Shown: positions 1 to 13,358 of the stretch, piece after piece | Layout: each line of letters begins with the position of its first letter | How positions within the stretch are numbered: position 1 is the first letter of the stretch | The notes under the pieces: generated by a model | What the model was told of the DNA's origin: nothing | What the model saw: the letters and a program-made list of their open reading frames with translations, nothing else | Databases searched by the model: none | NCBI GenBank assembly: GCA_051294375.1 | Contig: CM119265.1 | Span: 12,265,866-12,329,865 of the forward strand | DNA length: 64,000 nucleotides | Direction of reading: 5' to 3' | Source: Paraspadella gotoi | Lineage: Eukaryota > Animalia > Chaetognatha | Position numbers and translations under genes: made by a program

Positions 1-835
1 CTTTCCTCTTCCTTTCCTCCTTCCCACTTCTTCCTCCTCCCCTCGTCTCTTTTCCTCTTCCTTTCCTCCTTCCCACTTCTTCCTCCTCCCCTCGTCTCTT
101 TCCTCTTCCTTTCCTCCTTCCCACTTCTTCCCCCTCCCCTCGTCTCTTTCCCTTCCTTTCCTCCTTCCCACTTCTTCCCCTCCCCTCGTCTCTTTCCCTT
201 CCTTTCCTCCTTCCACTTCTTTCCCTCCCCTCGTCTCTTTCCTCTTCCTTCCTCCTTCCCACTTCTCCCCCTCCCCTCGTCTCTTTCCTCTTCCTTTCCT
301 CCTTCCCACTTCTTCTCTCCCCTCGTCTCTTTCCTCTTCCTTTCCTCCTTCCCATTCTTCCCCTCCCCTCGTCTCTTTCCTCTTCCTTTCCTCCTTCCCA
401 CTTCTTCCCCTCCCCTCGTCTCTTTCCTCTTCCTTTCCTCCTTCCCACTTCTTCCCCTCCCCTCGTCTCTTTCCCTTCCTTTCCTCCTTCCCACTTCTTC
501 TCCTCCCCTCGTCTCTTTCCTCTTCCTTTCCTCTCCCACTTCTTCCCCTCCCCGTCTCTTCCTCTTCCTTTCCTCCTTCCCACTTCTTTCTCCTCCCTCG
601 TCTCTTTCCCTTCCTTTCCTCCTTCCCACTTCTTTCTCCTCCCCTCGTCTCTTTCCTCTTCCTTTCCTCCTTCCCACTTCTCCCCCTCCCCTCGTCTCTT
701 TCCTCTTCCTTTCCTCCTTCCACTTCTCCCCCTCCCTCGTCTCTTTCCTCTCCTTTCCTCCTTCCCCTTCTTTCTCCCCCCTCGGTCTCTTTCCTCTTCC
801 TTTCCTCCTTCCCACTTCTTCCTCCTCCCCTCGTC
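1..835. repeat. Pyrimidine-rich tandem repeat, ~48 bp unit, ~17 copies, running off the window start
   Basis: Unit CTTTCCTCTTCCTTTCCTCCTTCCCACTTCTTCCTCCTCCCCTCGTCT repeats head to tail with small indels until ~835. Confidence 0.95.
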
Positions 836-2211
836 GGAAAACCCAATTTAGGCTTTGCCAACTTTGCGGAGAGGAGATCTCGTTTTTCCATTATCCTTTG
901 CCTTTCATTCTGGACTCAATCGATTTTCGTCAGATCTAAAAATTAAAAAAAATAAAAAACTCGCTGCGTTCGAAGGCCAAGGGTGCCGGTTGAACCCATT
1001 TACCGGATGTGTGTTTAATGTGTATGTATAACGAGAATAGTAAACAAACGTCAGATTTAGTAAACAACGACTAGGCCCAAGTACCAGATGCCACATTGTA
1101 CGTATTGCCACATTGGCATATTGCAGGAAATTAGCTACGATAAAAACCAAACTGCTTAAGGTCAGAAAGAAAGAAGGCGAAACCTAATCCACAAAGGCCA
1201 AAAACTAAATGCATGTAATACTAACAGTTTAAAACAGCGAGCAGTCCAACAAGGTTGCGACGAACGCGGACAGTCAACAAACGCCAGAGCCGAGTTCGAA
1301 ACAACCATCGTCAAACAGACGCTTGGCGATGCAGCCTCGGTTTCATTACCTTTTTTTTTCTCTGAGGAGGAAAAACGGAATCGAGGTCGGTCGAGAAATC
1401 AATTTGACAAACAAGAAACGGAATCCCTTTTGTTAACAACGCCATGACTCGCTGTCACAACAATTAAAAGAGAGAGAGAGAGAGAGAGGAGAGAGAGACA
1501 AAAAGCGGCTTTATAATATTGTTTATTAATATTAATATTAATCGACTCTTAACTTGAATTGCACTCATTCGTCATCTAGTGGTCGTCATCCGGTGACCGC
1601 TTGTCTCAACTGCAAGAAGAAAAAAGCGGTCGAGGCACCAAAGGTCAGCATAGAACTGGTGTCTCTCGTCTCTCGTCTCGGGACGACGATGACGCAATCG
1701 GCCAACGCCCGGTTTTTTTGTACGATTGCAACTTTTTTTAGGAGAAACAGACCCGGTCGCCACGCCCATTGCATCATTCGGCAATTTTTCAAAATTTTAT
1801 TCTGACCTAAATCTAAAGCTTACTCGCCCGCCCCTATTCGTCGCTCCCTCTTTTTTCTCCGTCTCGCTCATACTATTATTAGGACGCTCAATTCATTAAC
1901 CACCAATTTTTTGTAAGTTTTCCCTTTTCCTTCGGTTCCTCCTTTTAGTTTTACTCCACATCATTCACCAACCTCCCATTCTTCTCAATCACCTCGATCT
2001 TTCGCTGCTCAGTTCCCTCGATTCCCGATGCCCTTCCCCTCTCTATTCTCGTCCCCGCTCACACTGGTTTCACAATCACCTCACCGCAGCGGTTTTGTTC
2101 AATATTGTGAGGCGATTTACGGGAGGAAATATCGCTGGCTTGGCAACGGCAAATGTCGAACGGGAGAGGAAAAACGGTTTTAATAAAATACACTCGCTCT
2201 CTTTGCAGTCC

Positions 2212-2291
<80 letters not shown>

Positions 2292-3147
2292 CAATTCTAA
2301 AAAAGCTTTGAATCTGCTTATTTGTAAATAGCCTGTTTTGTTTTGTTTTTTTAAATCTTACATGTACTTTGTTAATTCAACAAATTTCAAAATTTCAAAA
2401 TTATAACCTTGGACATTAGAAAACTTAACGGATAGAACTGTTGGAACAAAGGGTCCCACCGAGATAAAAGATGATAAAAAAAAAAAAAGATTGAGAGTCC
2501 GAGTCCTAACCATCTTGAAAAAAAGATCTCTTCTCTTGAGAGTCATTCAGAGAAGGAAAGAATCGAGAAGAGAAAAAAAGGTGAGTTCCGGCTTCTGATA
2601 AGTGAGAACCTTTTAAAGTTCTGACTCAGAATCCGATTCTGAATAAAGATCGTCTTTGATTCCATTAATTTTAACACTAATTTTTAGTTATTTATTGTTC
2701 TGAAAGAAGGATTCTGCCATACAATAACACTTTATACTAATGGTTATGATAATTTATATACTTTCGAACAGGCAGAAAGACATACAGGCAGATAAACAGA
2801 CAGCATGACCGATCGGGGATTCTTTGATAAAATATCTTTTATCGCTCAGTCCAATAAAAATGAAATTGGTTCCATTAAAAACCGACAAAAAAAGATGGAG
2901 AAATTTGGGAAGAAGAAGACGGTCCTCATGGGAACTAAAAGGGGGGGGGGAAGTCTTTTCTCAGAAATTCGCGAGAAAATCGAATTAACTTCTGATGAAT
3001 TTACGTAAGTCACGCGAACCGAAAGCGAATTCGAGCGAAAAAAATTCGTGTGAAACAGGAGAGATATAAAATCGACAAACTCGCCACCGTAAATGATAAA
3101 AAAACACATAAAAATATGAAATATAAATAAAATAAAGATGGTCCGAC

Positions 3148-4910
3148 CTCCCACGATGTTGATGCTGCGCTTCGTGGCCCGGGAGTCGGTTGGACGATGA
3201 ATCTTCTCTTCCAAAGTTGACGATTTATACTGAAAACAAAAGGAGCATAGATTACAACAAAAAAAAAAACAACAAAATCTACAATCTATTTTCCTCTCTC
3301 ACCATCTGATGGTGAGATTTGATGTCGTTGTTCATTGTGGAAACGTTTGTGTAAGATGAGGAAGAGGGCGTAATGGGAAAAGGGTTATCGTGGCCTTGAT
3401 CTGCAAAAACAGAAGGAGTTTTGAGTTTGCAACTTTTCACTCGGCTAATTTGGTTATTCCTTGTGCCGCAAAACGGACTTTACGAGATCAATCGTATATC
3501 CTGGCGCTATAAAACTTTGAATGGAGCCAACCTAATTTTGTCCCGGCGCCCGCTCAGGCTCCTTGCAAAGCTAAAATACGATAAAAGCCCAGTATAGAAC
3601 TATACTACTCCGACAGAAGAATGAGAAACTTCTAAAAATCAGGAACAAAAAAAAACGAACCGCATCCGGAGTCGGCCTTGGAAGAGTCCAACAAGAAAGC
3701 CGTCGAGTCGGTCAGCGAAGGATCCGGACGCAGGGGCCTCGAGGGCGCCGCCGGGTCGGAGGTCAGCTGAGAGGCCGGCGGTGTCTTGGGCGTCGACGGC
3801 GTCCTCGGGGTGGGGGAGCGACGGCGCGCTGGGGACGGCGACGATGGAACGGTGAGCGCCGTGGTTGGCGTCGAATCTAATGATTAGGGGGGCGTTGTCA
3901 CAATGGAACTATTGATCTTGGTTTAAACGGCATAGATCTCTTTCGTCCTTCCCTAACTTACCAATCGCCGTGGAATCGTTTTCGACCGGCGTCAGAGCGT
4001 TTGGAATCGGTTGAACGCTGAGGAGGAAAGAAGAGAAAGAAGGAAAAAAAAGAGTAAAAGAAAAGGAGAACCTCAGCTGCCTTCGCCTCACTTCTGTAAG
4101 AATTGGATATTCGTTTAGTAATAGTGAAAAAGTATTGAAAAAGCTTTCGTTGAACTTTTTTATTTTGAAAAAGAAATTCGTGAAATATGTTTTTTTTTCC
4201 TCAATATTGGATTTGGAATTGAAAAATAGTTTCTTTCAAAAATGTATTCTTTGAAATCGACTTTCACCTCTGCGACACTTTTTATGAATCGCTCTAAAAG
4301 GAGTATCATTTCTTCGTCAGATTTCATATTAGCCAGATGAATCTATAGAATTGGTACAACCAATAAAAAAACTATCCATCACTATTTGCTTTTCACACAT
4401 TTTCAAATGCAATTCAACCATATTTTATCGAACTTCAATTCACATGCGCCACGCCCCATCTCCCGCCAAGTACCTGCGTGTTCGCCGGTGGGTGGCGCTC
4501 CCTCGCGATCGATCTTCCTTGTCGTCGTCGATTTTCATGGGCTGCAGTTGGAATCGAACGTCGCCGCCGGAAGTGAACTCGATTGCGTTGCTCATAGCAC
4601 GGGCTGCATCGGCGCCGGCTGCGTTGGGGGGCGGGGCTGGGCCGTTGACGTCCGCACGGAAGTCCGAGGGGGAGGCGCCGGGGTGGGCGTGGTTAAAGAG
4701 GGTGGACGACGACTTGGACCTGACGCAGATGTCTCTATTCTTGCCGACGCTGTCCTCGTAAGTGCCGACCCTGTCTTCGATCGTGTCGACGCTGTCTCCA
4801 GCGACGTGGACGGTTCTGGACGAGGAAAAGTTTTTCGCGATCGAAAAGAAAAAGTGAAAAAACATTGGATTCGCTAAGTTCGACTTGAAATCGAAAAAGT
4901 ACGTCGTCAT
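3148..4910 (-). CDS. Putative multi-exon gene, Ser/Pro/Thr-rich protein of unknown function; 3' end not resolved
   Basis: GC-rich blocks bounded by AG/GT join in consistent phase: ~4910-4903, 4815-4474, 4018-3963, 3876-3661, 3400-3303, 3229-3148. Product reads MTTTVHVAGDS...SVQPIPNALTPVENDSTAI/DSTPTTALTVPSSPSPARRRSPTP.../DQGHDNPFPITP.../YKSSTLEEKIHRPTDS. No domain recognised. Confidence 0.55.
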
Positions 4911-5122
4911 CGAATAGACGGGCAACGGTGAATATCCAATGAGAGAGAATGAGAGAGAATGAACCAAAAAGAGAGCGTGAGAGAGAGAGAAAAAATGGGA
5001 TGAATGAGAGGAAAAAAGAGAAGCGAAAAAACTCGTAATAATCGCTGCGTCAACCAAAATAGACATTTACGCCATTTAGTCCGCAGTTGTTATATGGTCA
5101 GTTGAATGAGGTGGAAACACTT

Positions 5123-5237
<115 letters not shown>

Positions 5238-7294
5238 CTTTTCTTTCTATGCAGCAATAATTTTTTATTCATCTTGTATACCAGAGCGAAACTTCGTCGA
5301 TGATCATCGCTTCCGGAATTCCGCTGAAAAGATAATGACATTATCGAACGGCGGTGATGAATCTTTTCGACTTCAGGTCCGTCGCGATCTGGCTTGACTC
5401 AACTACAACAACATCGAATTTCATTCCATGCGATTGCGATTTGTTAGATGGGAGAGTCACCCCATTGATTGAAAACTTTTAAAGAGAGGAATGTTTAAGG
5501 CTTTTAAAATTGCAATAATAATGAGTTTTTTTGTTTTGTTTTTTTCAACTTAAATGTTGGCTCGTTAACTTTAAAAGACGCATTTCATAAATCAAGAAGA
5601 TTTCTTAGTCTCTCGGTAGAATACGTCACGTGACCTTTTTAGCTTCTTCCCTCGTGACAGAATTTTAATTTCAGCCCCTTTTTTTCGGTGGATGACATTT
5701 TTCCAGACGGCTCTTCCTCCCGTCTTTTGTATTTTAAAAAAAGTATTACGTAAATGAGTTTTATTTCTTTCTTTTTTTTATCAAAAGGTTCCCGAATTCT
5801 GTCTCCTCTAACCACCACGAATTATAATTCTCCCCATAAGACTCCCTTCTCTTTCTCCTCCTTTTGCCCCCTCCCTCCCTCTCTCCCTCACTTACTTGCC
5901 GCGCTCAGCCCCCGGGAAGCCGTTACGCGAAGAGCGTATTTATTAGCGAACGCACTAGAAAATTGGCTGAGAGAAAAATAGTAGTTTTATTCTTGGCCAG
6001 TCGTAACCGTCGCCGAACCCAAGCTTTTCTTTACCAAAAAAATGATTGGTGAGTTAGAGCTGGAAGCTAACGAAGTCCACAAGCATACGAAGTCCACAAG
6101 CTATCTAATTTACGTAGAAGTCGAATAATTAGTTAAATTTTCAAAAGAGAGACGCGGTGACTTAAAAAAAGGTGCGATTTAAGCGTGATCACAAAGCGGC
6201 CAAGCGTTGTACTGTTACGGGGATGAAGCGTGTCGAGCGTGGAATGGGCGTAGCAAGGGTGTTGAACGAAGCGACTTGGAGATGGCTGAGGTTCTACAGG
6301 GTGGTTTTCTTGCGGATGCGGTTGGGGATTCGAAGCGAACGCGCCGTACCAGGGGGTTTTCTGAAATTCGCAGTGTGATTATAAAAGTGTTATTATTTAA
6401 AGTTTTAGTAATAGTAAAATTAGTACTGATTACGGTGTTGTCAATTCGTAAAGTATTATTTATGATTTCTTTATTTTAATTTTAATTGATATTTTCAATT
6501 CATGAAATATGTTTAACTTGAAAAAAATGTATGGAGATTAATGAATATATTTTAGAACAAAAGTAGCAATTAATACCAAACAATTCACATAATTCGTTCA
6601 ATAGAGATAACCGTAACCCCATGGAAAAAAGCAAAAACAATGTAAATCATATCGGTTATCTTATGATAACCTTCAAATTACGGACAAAGCATTTACTTAC
6701 AACTTTCTACTTTCACATCGTTGCGATTTTTTCCCTTTAGTGACTTTTTCGTTGCGTGTTCATTTTGTTGTTATTTTTTTTTCTTCTTTGCTTTGATTTT
6801 TCAATGTTTACCTTTTATCTCGTATTTTTCATTCTGTTTCTTTACGTGTTTTTTGTTGTTTTTTTTCTTTCGGGGTTTTATCAACTTTTTCCTCGGCTTT
6901 TGTGGCGCGGAATAAAAATCCGAAGGTTAGGTGGCGTCGTCGTTGTCGTCGTCGTAGTGGCCGTCGTCGTTGGCGCACCTCCGAAACGAGACCCCAGAAG
7001 CAGCAGCCGGTGTTTGACGACGACGACGACGAGGTGGTGAAATGGAGGTGAGAAGGTTCCCCACTTTTTAAGAGTTTGGTCGGGTTGGGTTTGGTATGAG
7101 AGCGGATGAGTCTATCCGCCCAGCGAATCAATTGCTTTAGGGCGGGATGGGTCAGAGAAAGAAGAATCCGAGGTGGAACCAATTGCTTAGAGCAAAAATA
7201 GGGGAGAGTAGATCCAAGAGGAAAGTTCGTCAACAATTCTCGGGACTTTTACTCGACGGGTCAGCGTTTCGTTTCCGCCCGGTGAATAGGGAGA

Positions 7295-7331
<37 letters not shown>

Positions 7332-8158
7332 CTTGCTTTGGCGTCAGAAGAGTGATAAACGATGTAAATGAGAGTGGCACCGGAAATACGAGCCTTTGGA
7401 GGACGAGCAAGTTTGGGTGGGACTGGAGACGGGATACTGGAAGGGAAGGCGGGAGGGAGACGGGGAGGGATCCAAAGGGAAGTTGGAAAGAGATGGGACA
7501 AAAAAGGAGATTAAAATGGAAGCGGGAAAGAGATGGGACGATAGAGGGAAAATGATGGGGGAAGTAAAGTAATTAAGTAAGTAAAAAAAGCGCAAGACAA
7601 AAGGCGACGTGAAACGATTGTGAAAAAGGTTGTGAAAGATGGGTTGAAAAGTGAAGGATGAAAAGGGATAACGCATGACCGACTAAAAACCGAAATGAAA
7701 AGGTGACGGATGAGAAAAGACTGAAAGCGGGGAAGGAGGAAAAGGAAAGAAAACGCAGTGAGGAAAGATGATGAATCTGGAAAATGGTTTGGTTAAGATA
7801 TTCTTGAAAGGATAGTAGTGTAATACAAAGAAAGAGAGAATAACGGGGGATGCAAAACTCTCTACAGAGAAATATAAGTGACTTTAGTCGTTATCAATAA
7901 CAATTAAACGACGAGAGCCTCGACGAATATTTGTCAAATAATCTTAAATTTTTTTTTAATTTTAAGAAAAGAGACAGAATAAGGCACCAGATTGCAGCGA
8001 CATCTAGAGACGCAAACAAAAGAGGCGTGAACGAAAAAAACAAAAATAAAAAACATGCTTCGTTCTTTCGGTTACAGGAATATATGCAAATGAAGATGGC
8101 AAACAATGGGGAAAAAGCATTAATGGCTTATATCGGTGTCGCAAGATAAGTGCCATTC

Positions 8159-8276
<118 letters not shown>

Positions 8277-9791
8277 CTCGCTGTTCTGTATTATTGTCTC
8301 TCTGTTTCTCCCTTCATCACATTATCGCGGAAATCGCTCGACAAACAAACAAAAACCGGTAACCAAGGTGACGAGACGCCAACGAGAGCTTTGTCGAATC
8401 CCAATTCAGGGAAAAAGGAAAGAACAAAAGAAAAGCATAAGTTGTCAAAGGATTTGCAACAAATTTATTGGTTCTGATTTATTGTCAAACGTAGGTTTTT
8501 TTGAATTTTCGTTCACTTTACTAAAGAAAGAATGATTGGCTGATTAATTGATTGATTACTTGATTGATTCATTAATTCTTAGATTCATACAATCATCAAC
8601 AAATAAATTTTTTTCAATTTTTCATTCATCTATTCATTAATTGTTTGAAACCAATATAATCATTTAAGATTCGTCGAAATCTTTATCTATTGACAAGTTG
8701 TATTCAAAATTAATATTTTTCTGAGACACATGCTTACGTATGAGAGGCTAGAATGAGGAATGAGGCGCGTTTTTTTGGAGCGACCCTTCTTTCCTTTTTT
8801 CTCTCTCCCCCTCTTTCTCTCCTTCTTTTTATCTTTTTTCCCCATTTCTCTCTGCTCTATCTCTCTCCCAGTCATTCCGGTTTTTAACTCCCCCTCTTAA
8901 CCCGTCCTAATTTTCTATCATCCTAGTTCCTACCATGTGATGTCAATTCCAGTTTTACCTTCCAAAACTTGTCAGTATAATACTCTCGTAAGTCTTAACC
9001 AATAAGAAAAAGAGAGTAAAGTTCTAGCCGGCTTCTTCGATGAGAAAGTTAACTCGTTCCTCGTTCGGATCCCCACTTTAGGAAAGCTTCGAGCGAGTTT
9101 AAAACTTCTGCTTCGATTTCCGAATCAAACTCTCAAACCAGTTTTTTAATTATTCTGAAATAAAGTTGACCAAATATAACTTTTGCTTATATAAATTTTA
9201 TATTGTTCATTTTTTCCTTTTAACCTTTCAAAGCTATTTTTAAAACATGATTTGAATCCTATCCAGTGCTTTTATCCAAAAATCTGGGTCAACCTCGGTC
9301 GATCCCGGCAGAAAATATTAACAGAGACACTAAAAAACTATAAAGCTTTTAAGAATAACGAATCTTATTATCCTGTGGCGTTACAAAGCGACCTAAATTA
9401 GGTTGTCAATTCACAAAACGAAATCGAGAATCCTAGTTTACAGTTCGGGTCCAAACCCAATTGCACAGGAAAAAAAAGGCCGCTTTCCTTTTCAGAACCG
9501 GCGCCGTACAATTTTTAAATAAATTTGCCTCAAACTTTTTCTAAATGTTTTGTTACTAAATTAATTTATTCTATCTATTCTCTGAGCGGGTAATATCGTG
9601 ACAGACAGACAGACACAGACCAACCGGAGTATCAAGGAATGACAGCCTAGGCTCGAACCAGAGCTATTATTTCACCTAAAGAATTGCTGACTTCTTCAAT
9701 TTATCGACGACTGAAAAAAAAAAACATTTTTTTCTTACAGATCCTTCCTTTCTGGTATTTTTCTTTCCCTTTATTTTTCTCCATTAGTGCA

Positions 9792-12700
9792 AGTAAGTTG
9801 TTGTTGTCCTCGTTTGTATTGTGTTACCGAACAAGGACAACGAGAGTCCTCAAATTTTCATTCTCCTTACTTTCGTAGTGAGCGAAGTCTCGAAACCCGC
9901 GGATCGCACCGACGATGTCGCAAAAAACCGAGGTATGTATTACAATTTTGGCCTTATTTTCCCTAAATGCTCCTATGGGATTAAGATTAGGGATTAGATA
10001 AGGATTAGAGATTGGATTAGTAACACAATTGTGGCGCTTACGGAAAATAGAGCCAAAATTTTGACTTTTATCATCGTGTGAATGCTTTCTTTCGTTGCGT
10101 TTTAGAATTAGTTTGAGAGAAAAAAAATTGTATTTTGTTTACAAACAACGATTCTAATATAGAAACAAATAACGGACATTTTTCGACCTGCTTGTAAGTC
10201 TTCATCAGCGTGAAACATGTCCGTTATTTGTTTCTATATTAAAATCGTTGTTTGTAAACAAAATACAATTTTTCTCAAACTAAGACTTTTATCATCGAAT
10301 TTTTATCAATGGTATATCCTTTCTTTTCATTGTTGTATAGAGATTTACAAAGAATTTTTGAATTGTTACAATTTTTATAAAAACTTTCAACATTTGTTCC
10401 AGACGAGTCGTCGGATCCTGGACTGTCCCAAGATGAAAGAAAGAATCTGGACAACAGACTTAAGGTTCAGTACCAAGATTGGTTTTTGAGTTGAATTTAT
10501 ATCCCGAGTTTACTCCCCCTCTCAACATTTCAAAACACCCTCTCCCCATTTCCATGACACGAAATCAACGCCATCAACATCCTCAGCCGTTTCAGCTCGA
10601 CGATGTCATGCTGGAGAAATTCATAGATGCGTTAACAAAGGGTCAGTCTAAATTTAATCTTTTCTTCGTCGTGTAATTATATTACAAACTTTTCGAACAA
10701 TGATAAAAACTACTTTTTATAGCTAGAACGACTCTGATAAAACGATTACTTGATTATCCAGACTTGCTCCTCGGTCTCTCCGCGGCCTCCAACTCGGTCG
10801 CCGACCTCAAATGTTTCCCCACCTACGTATCCAAGCTGCCATCCGGACGCGAAAAGGGTCGCTACTTGGCGCTCGATCTGGGGGGAACCAACTTCAGGTT
10901 ACTAAATCGTAATTAACCTAAGGATCAAGAATCTACAATTTTAAGTATTAAATGATCGTTGATGAATGATCAGAGTTCTCTTGGTCGACCTGGAAGCGGC
11001 GTCCATTGAAGAGCAAATGAAGATGAAGACTTATGAAGTTCCCGAGGTAAGCCTTGAGGGAGAAATTTAAGTGTTCATTTACCTGGAGAAATCTCTTTTC
11101 CTTCTTGCAGCACGTCAGGGTTGGATCCGCTGCAGCACTGTTTGACCACGTTGCCGCCTGCACCGCGGAATTCGTCGTCGACGAAAAGCTGCAGGAGTCT
11201 CGGCTGCCTCTCGGATTCACTTTTTCTTTTCCTTGTCAACAGGTGCAAGAAATTTTATGTTGTTCACAAAATCTAGGTACTAGTATTAATGAAAATGATT
11301 TTTTTTTCTATCAAAATCAAAACTTTTGTTTTCAGCGCTCACTAAACTGCGCCATCTTGCAAAGCTGGTCGAAGGGTTTTAAGTGCGACGACGCGCTCGG
11401 CCAAGACGTTGCGAAGTTGTTCATGGAGGCCGTGCGGAGGTTTAAATGAGTTTTCGTCGTACATTATTTCCATACGTGATAGAATCATAACTAGAATTTA
11501 AGTTTAAAAGAAAGTATCGGATCACTTTGTTCGTTTCCAGACGTGACGATACGTTGGTGGATTGCGTAGCCGTTCTCAATGACACGACCGGAACGCTCAT
11601 GTCTTGCGCCTATAATGAACCCGAGACTGCGGTCGGGCTTATTTTAGGGACGGGCACAAACGCTTGCTACTTAGAAAAACTGGATCAGGTGGATGATGAA
11701 TTGATTGATTTATTTATTTATTTATTGATTTATTGATTTTTTTACAATTATAATTTATCCATCGGTTGATTGATACTAGATCGTTTATTATATGATAAAA
11801 TGGTTCGATTGATTTGATTTTATTGATATATTAATGATTACAGATAGAACTCTGGAAACGGGACGAGAGAGACGCCGGTCAGGAGTACGGAATCGTCAAC
11901 ACGGAGTGGTGCGCCTTCGGCACCGGCGGCTGCTTGGATAGGATCGGCCTCCGCACAGACGTCGACCGAAGGCTCGACGCCTCCTTCAATCCCGGTCACC
12001 ATCTCTTCGAGAAGATGGTCTCCGGGAAATTCTTGGGGGAGATCGCCAGGTTGGTACGACGGTGATAAATAAGAAAATTTTAAAAAAAGAAAAAAGGGAC
12101 CATATTTTCGTATGTCATAGGAAGTTTTCAAGTTTACATTGTCTGGACCATTGAAAAATGAATAAATAACCACTTACATATTTAGATAGTCTTCTTTAGA
12201 ATAGTTTGGTGTGGTAGATCCTAAACAGTCAACACCCCTTCAATCTCCAATCCGAACCCCTACCCGACCCCCTTCTCATCTCCAGGTTGATCCTCTGCGA
12301 CCTCCACGCCGACGGCTTCATCTTCCGTCGTCAGGATTCCTTCGTCCTCGACAAAGATTCGAAATTTGGCGCCGAAAAATTCGAAACGAAATTCCTTTCC
12401 GACGTCGAGGCCGACGATCCGAAGGACATGGTGAGTCATGGCGAGACATGGTGAGTCCTGAGGCCGCAACGATGAGATGATTCCGTTGAGGCGGTTGTAG
12501 TAAACCGGAGACGAGGGACGCTTGGATATTGAATAGAAACAACTTTCACAGTCGGTGACATTTTACGGTATAACTAAACTAAAATACTCTGGAAAGAACT
12601 GGGAATGACGGAGTAATGTCGTCATCTTTTGTTTATTTTTCCAAAATATTTTAAACTAATCCAAAAACTTTGCTTTCTTTTACACTGTAGATAATCTAAT

Positions 12701-13358
12701 CTAATGGATAATTTTTAAAATCAAACTAAAATTCGAACAATGGCAATGATCTGACGTTTCACCCTTCATTTTCTCAGAGTCACACGCGACGTATTCTCGA
12801 CGAAATCGGGATTCGTTGTCCGACGCGACGCGATTGTGAAGTCACGCGCATCGTCTGTCAGACCGTCGCATCGAGATCTGCCAAACTCTCTGGTAAAAAA
12901 AGTTGATTTGCTTACCAAACATTAACAATTTCGACTGAAATTCCTCACCTTTTCCTCACCAGGTGCCGCGACTGCCTGCCTGTTGCGGCGAATGAACAGA
13001 AAGAGTGTGACTGTGGCCGTCGACGGGTCAGTCTACCGATTTCACCCAACTTTCCACGATGAGATCGTCAAGACAATTCGTTCCCTTGTGCCGCCAGGTG
13101 GTTCTCTCTTACTAAAACTCTAAAAACTTCAAGCTATTTTATGAAAGTTTAAACCCTAATAAAATAATAATTTATTTTGAAAAATTGTATAATCGGTTAT
13201 CATCCTTTGAGTTTTTTCTTTGTAATAAATTGCTTCATTCTTAATATTTTTTTAATGCCTTCTTTCAAGATATTTTGTTTCGCCTGGTTTTATCGACGGA
13301 CGGCAGCGGAAGGGGCGCGGCATTGGTGGCCGCAGCAGCCACAAATGAAAACAAGTGA
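9792..13358 (+). CDS. HK: Hexokinase (single ~50 kDa module), ~14 exons
   Basis: Phase-consistent exons 9879-9932, 10403-10464, 10587-10641, 10762-10897, 10974-11046, 11111-11242, 11336-11439, 11541-11688, 11844-12049, 12286-12430, 12778-12892, 12963-13097, 13270-13358. They carry hexokinase motifs [55 protein letters not shown] and DGSGRGAAL. The start is uncertain (A at 9792 plus TG at 9879). Confidence 0.95.
10108..10283 (-). mobile_element. Foldback fragment with a minimal hammerhead-ribozyme core (Penelope-like remnant) in a hexokinase intron
   Basis: ~70 bp near-perfect inverted arms. Minus strand 10211-10172 reads ACG-CTGATGA-A-GAC...GTC-GAAA-AATGTC-CGT. Confidence 0.7.

Noticed and set aside
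2076-2331. SLSLSL / RERERE ORFs here and at 5090, 8136, 14239 and 19028
   Set aside because: They are translations of (AG)n microsatellites.
6172-7500. GC-richer blocks with several overlapping ORFs and (GAC)n runs
   Set aside because: I could not build a consistent exon chain or recognise a domain; it may be UTR or regulatory sequence.
9915-9932. ATG at 9915 as the hexokinase start
   Set aside because: Spliced to the next exons it is out of frame with PFQLDD...DLGGTNFR and terminates early.
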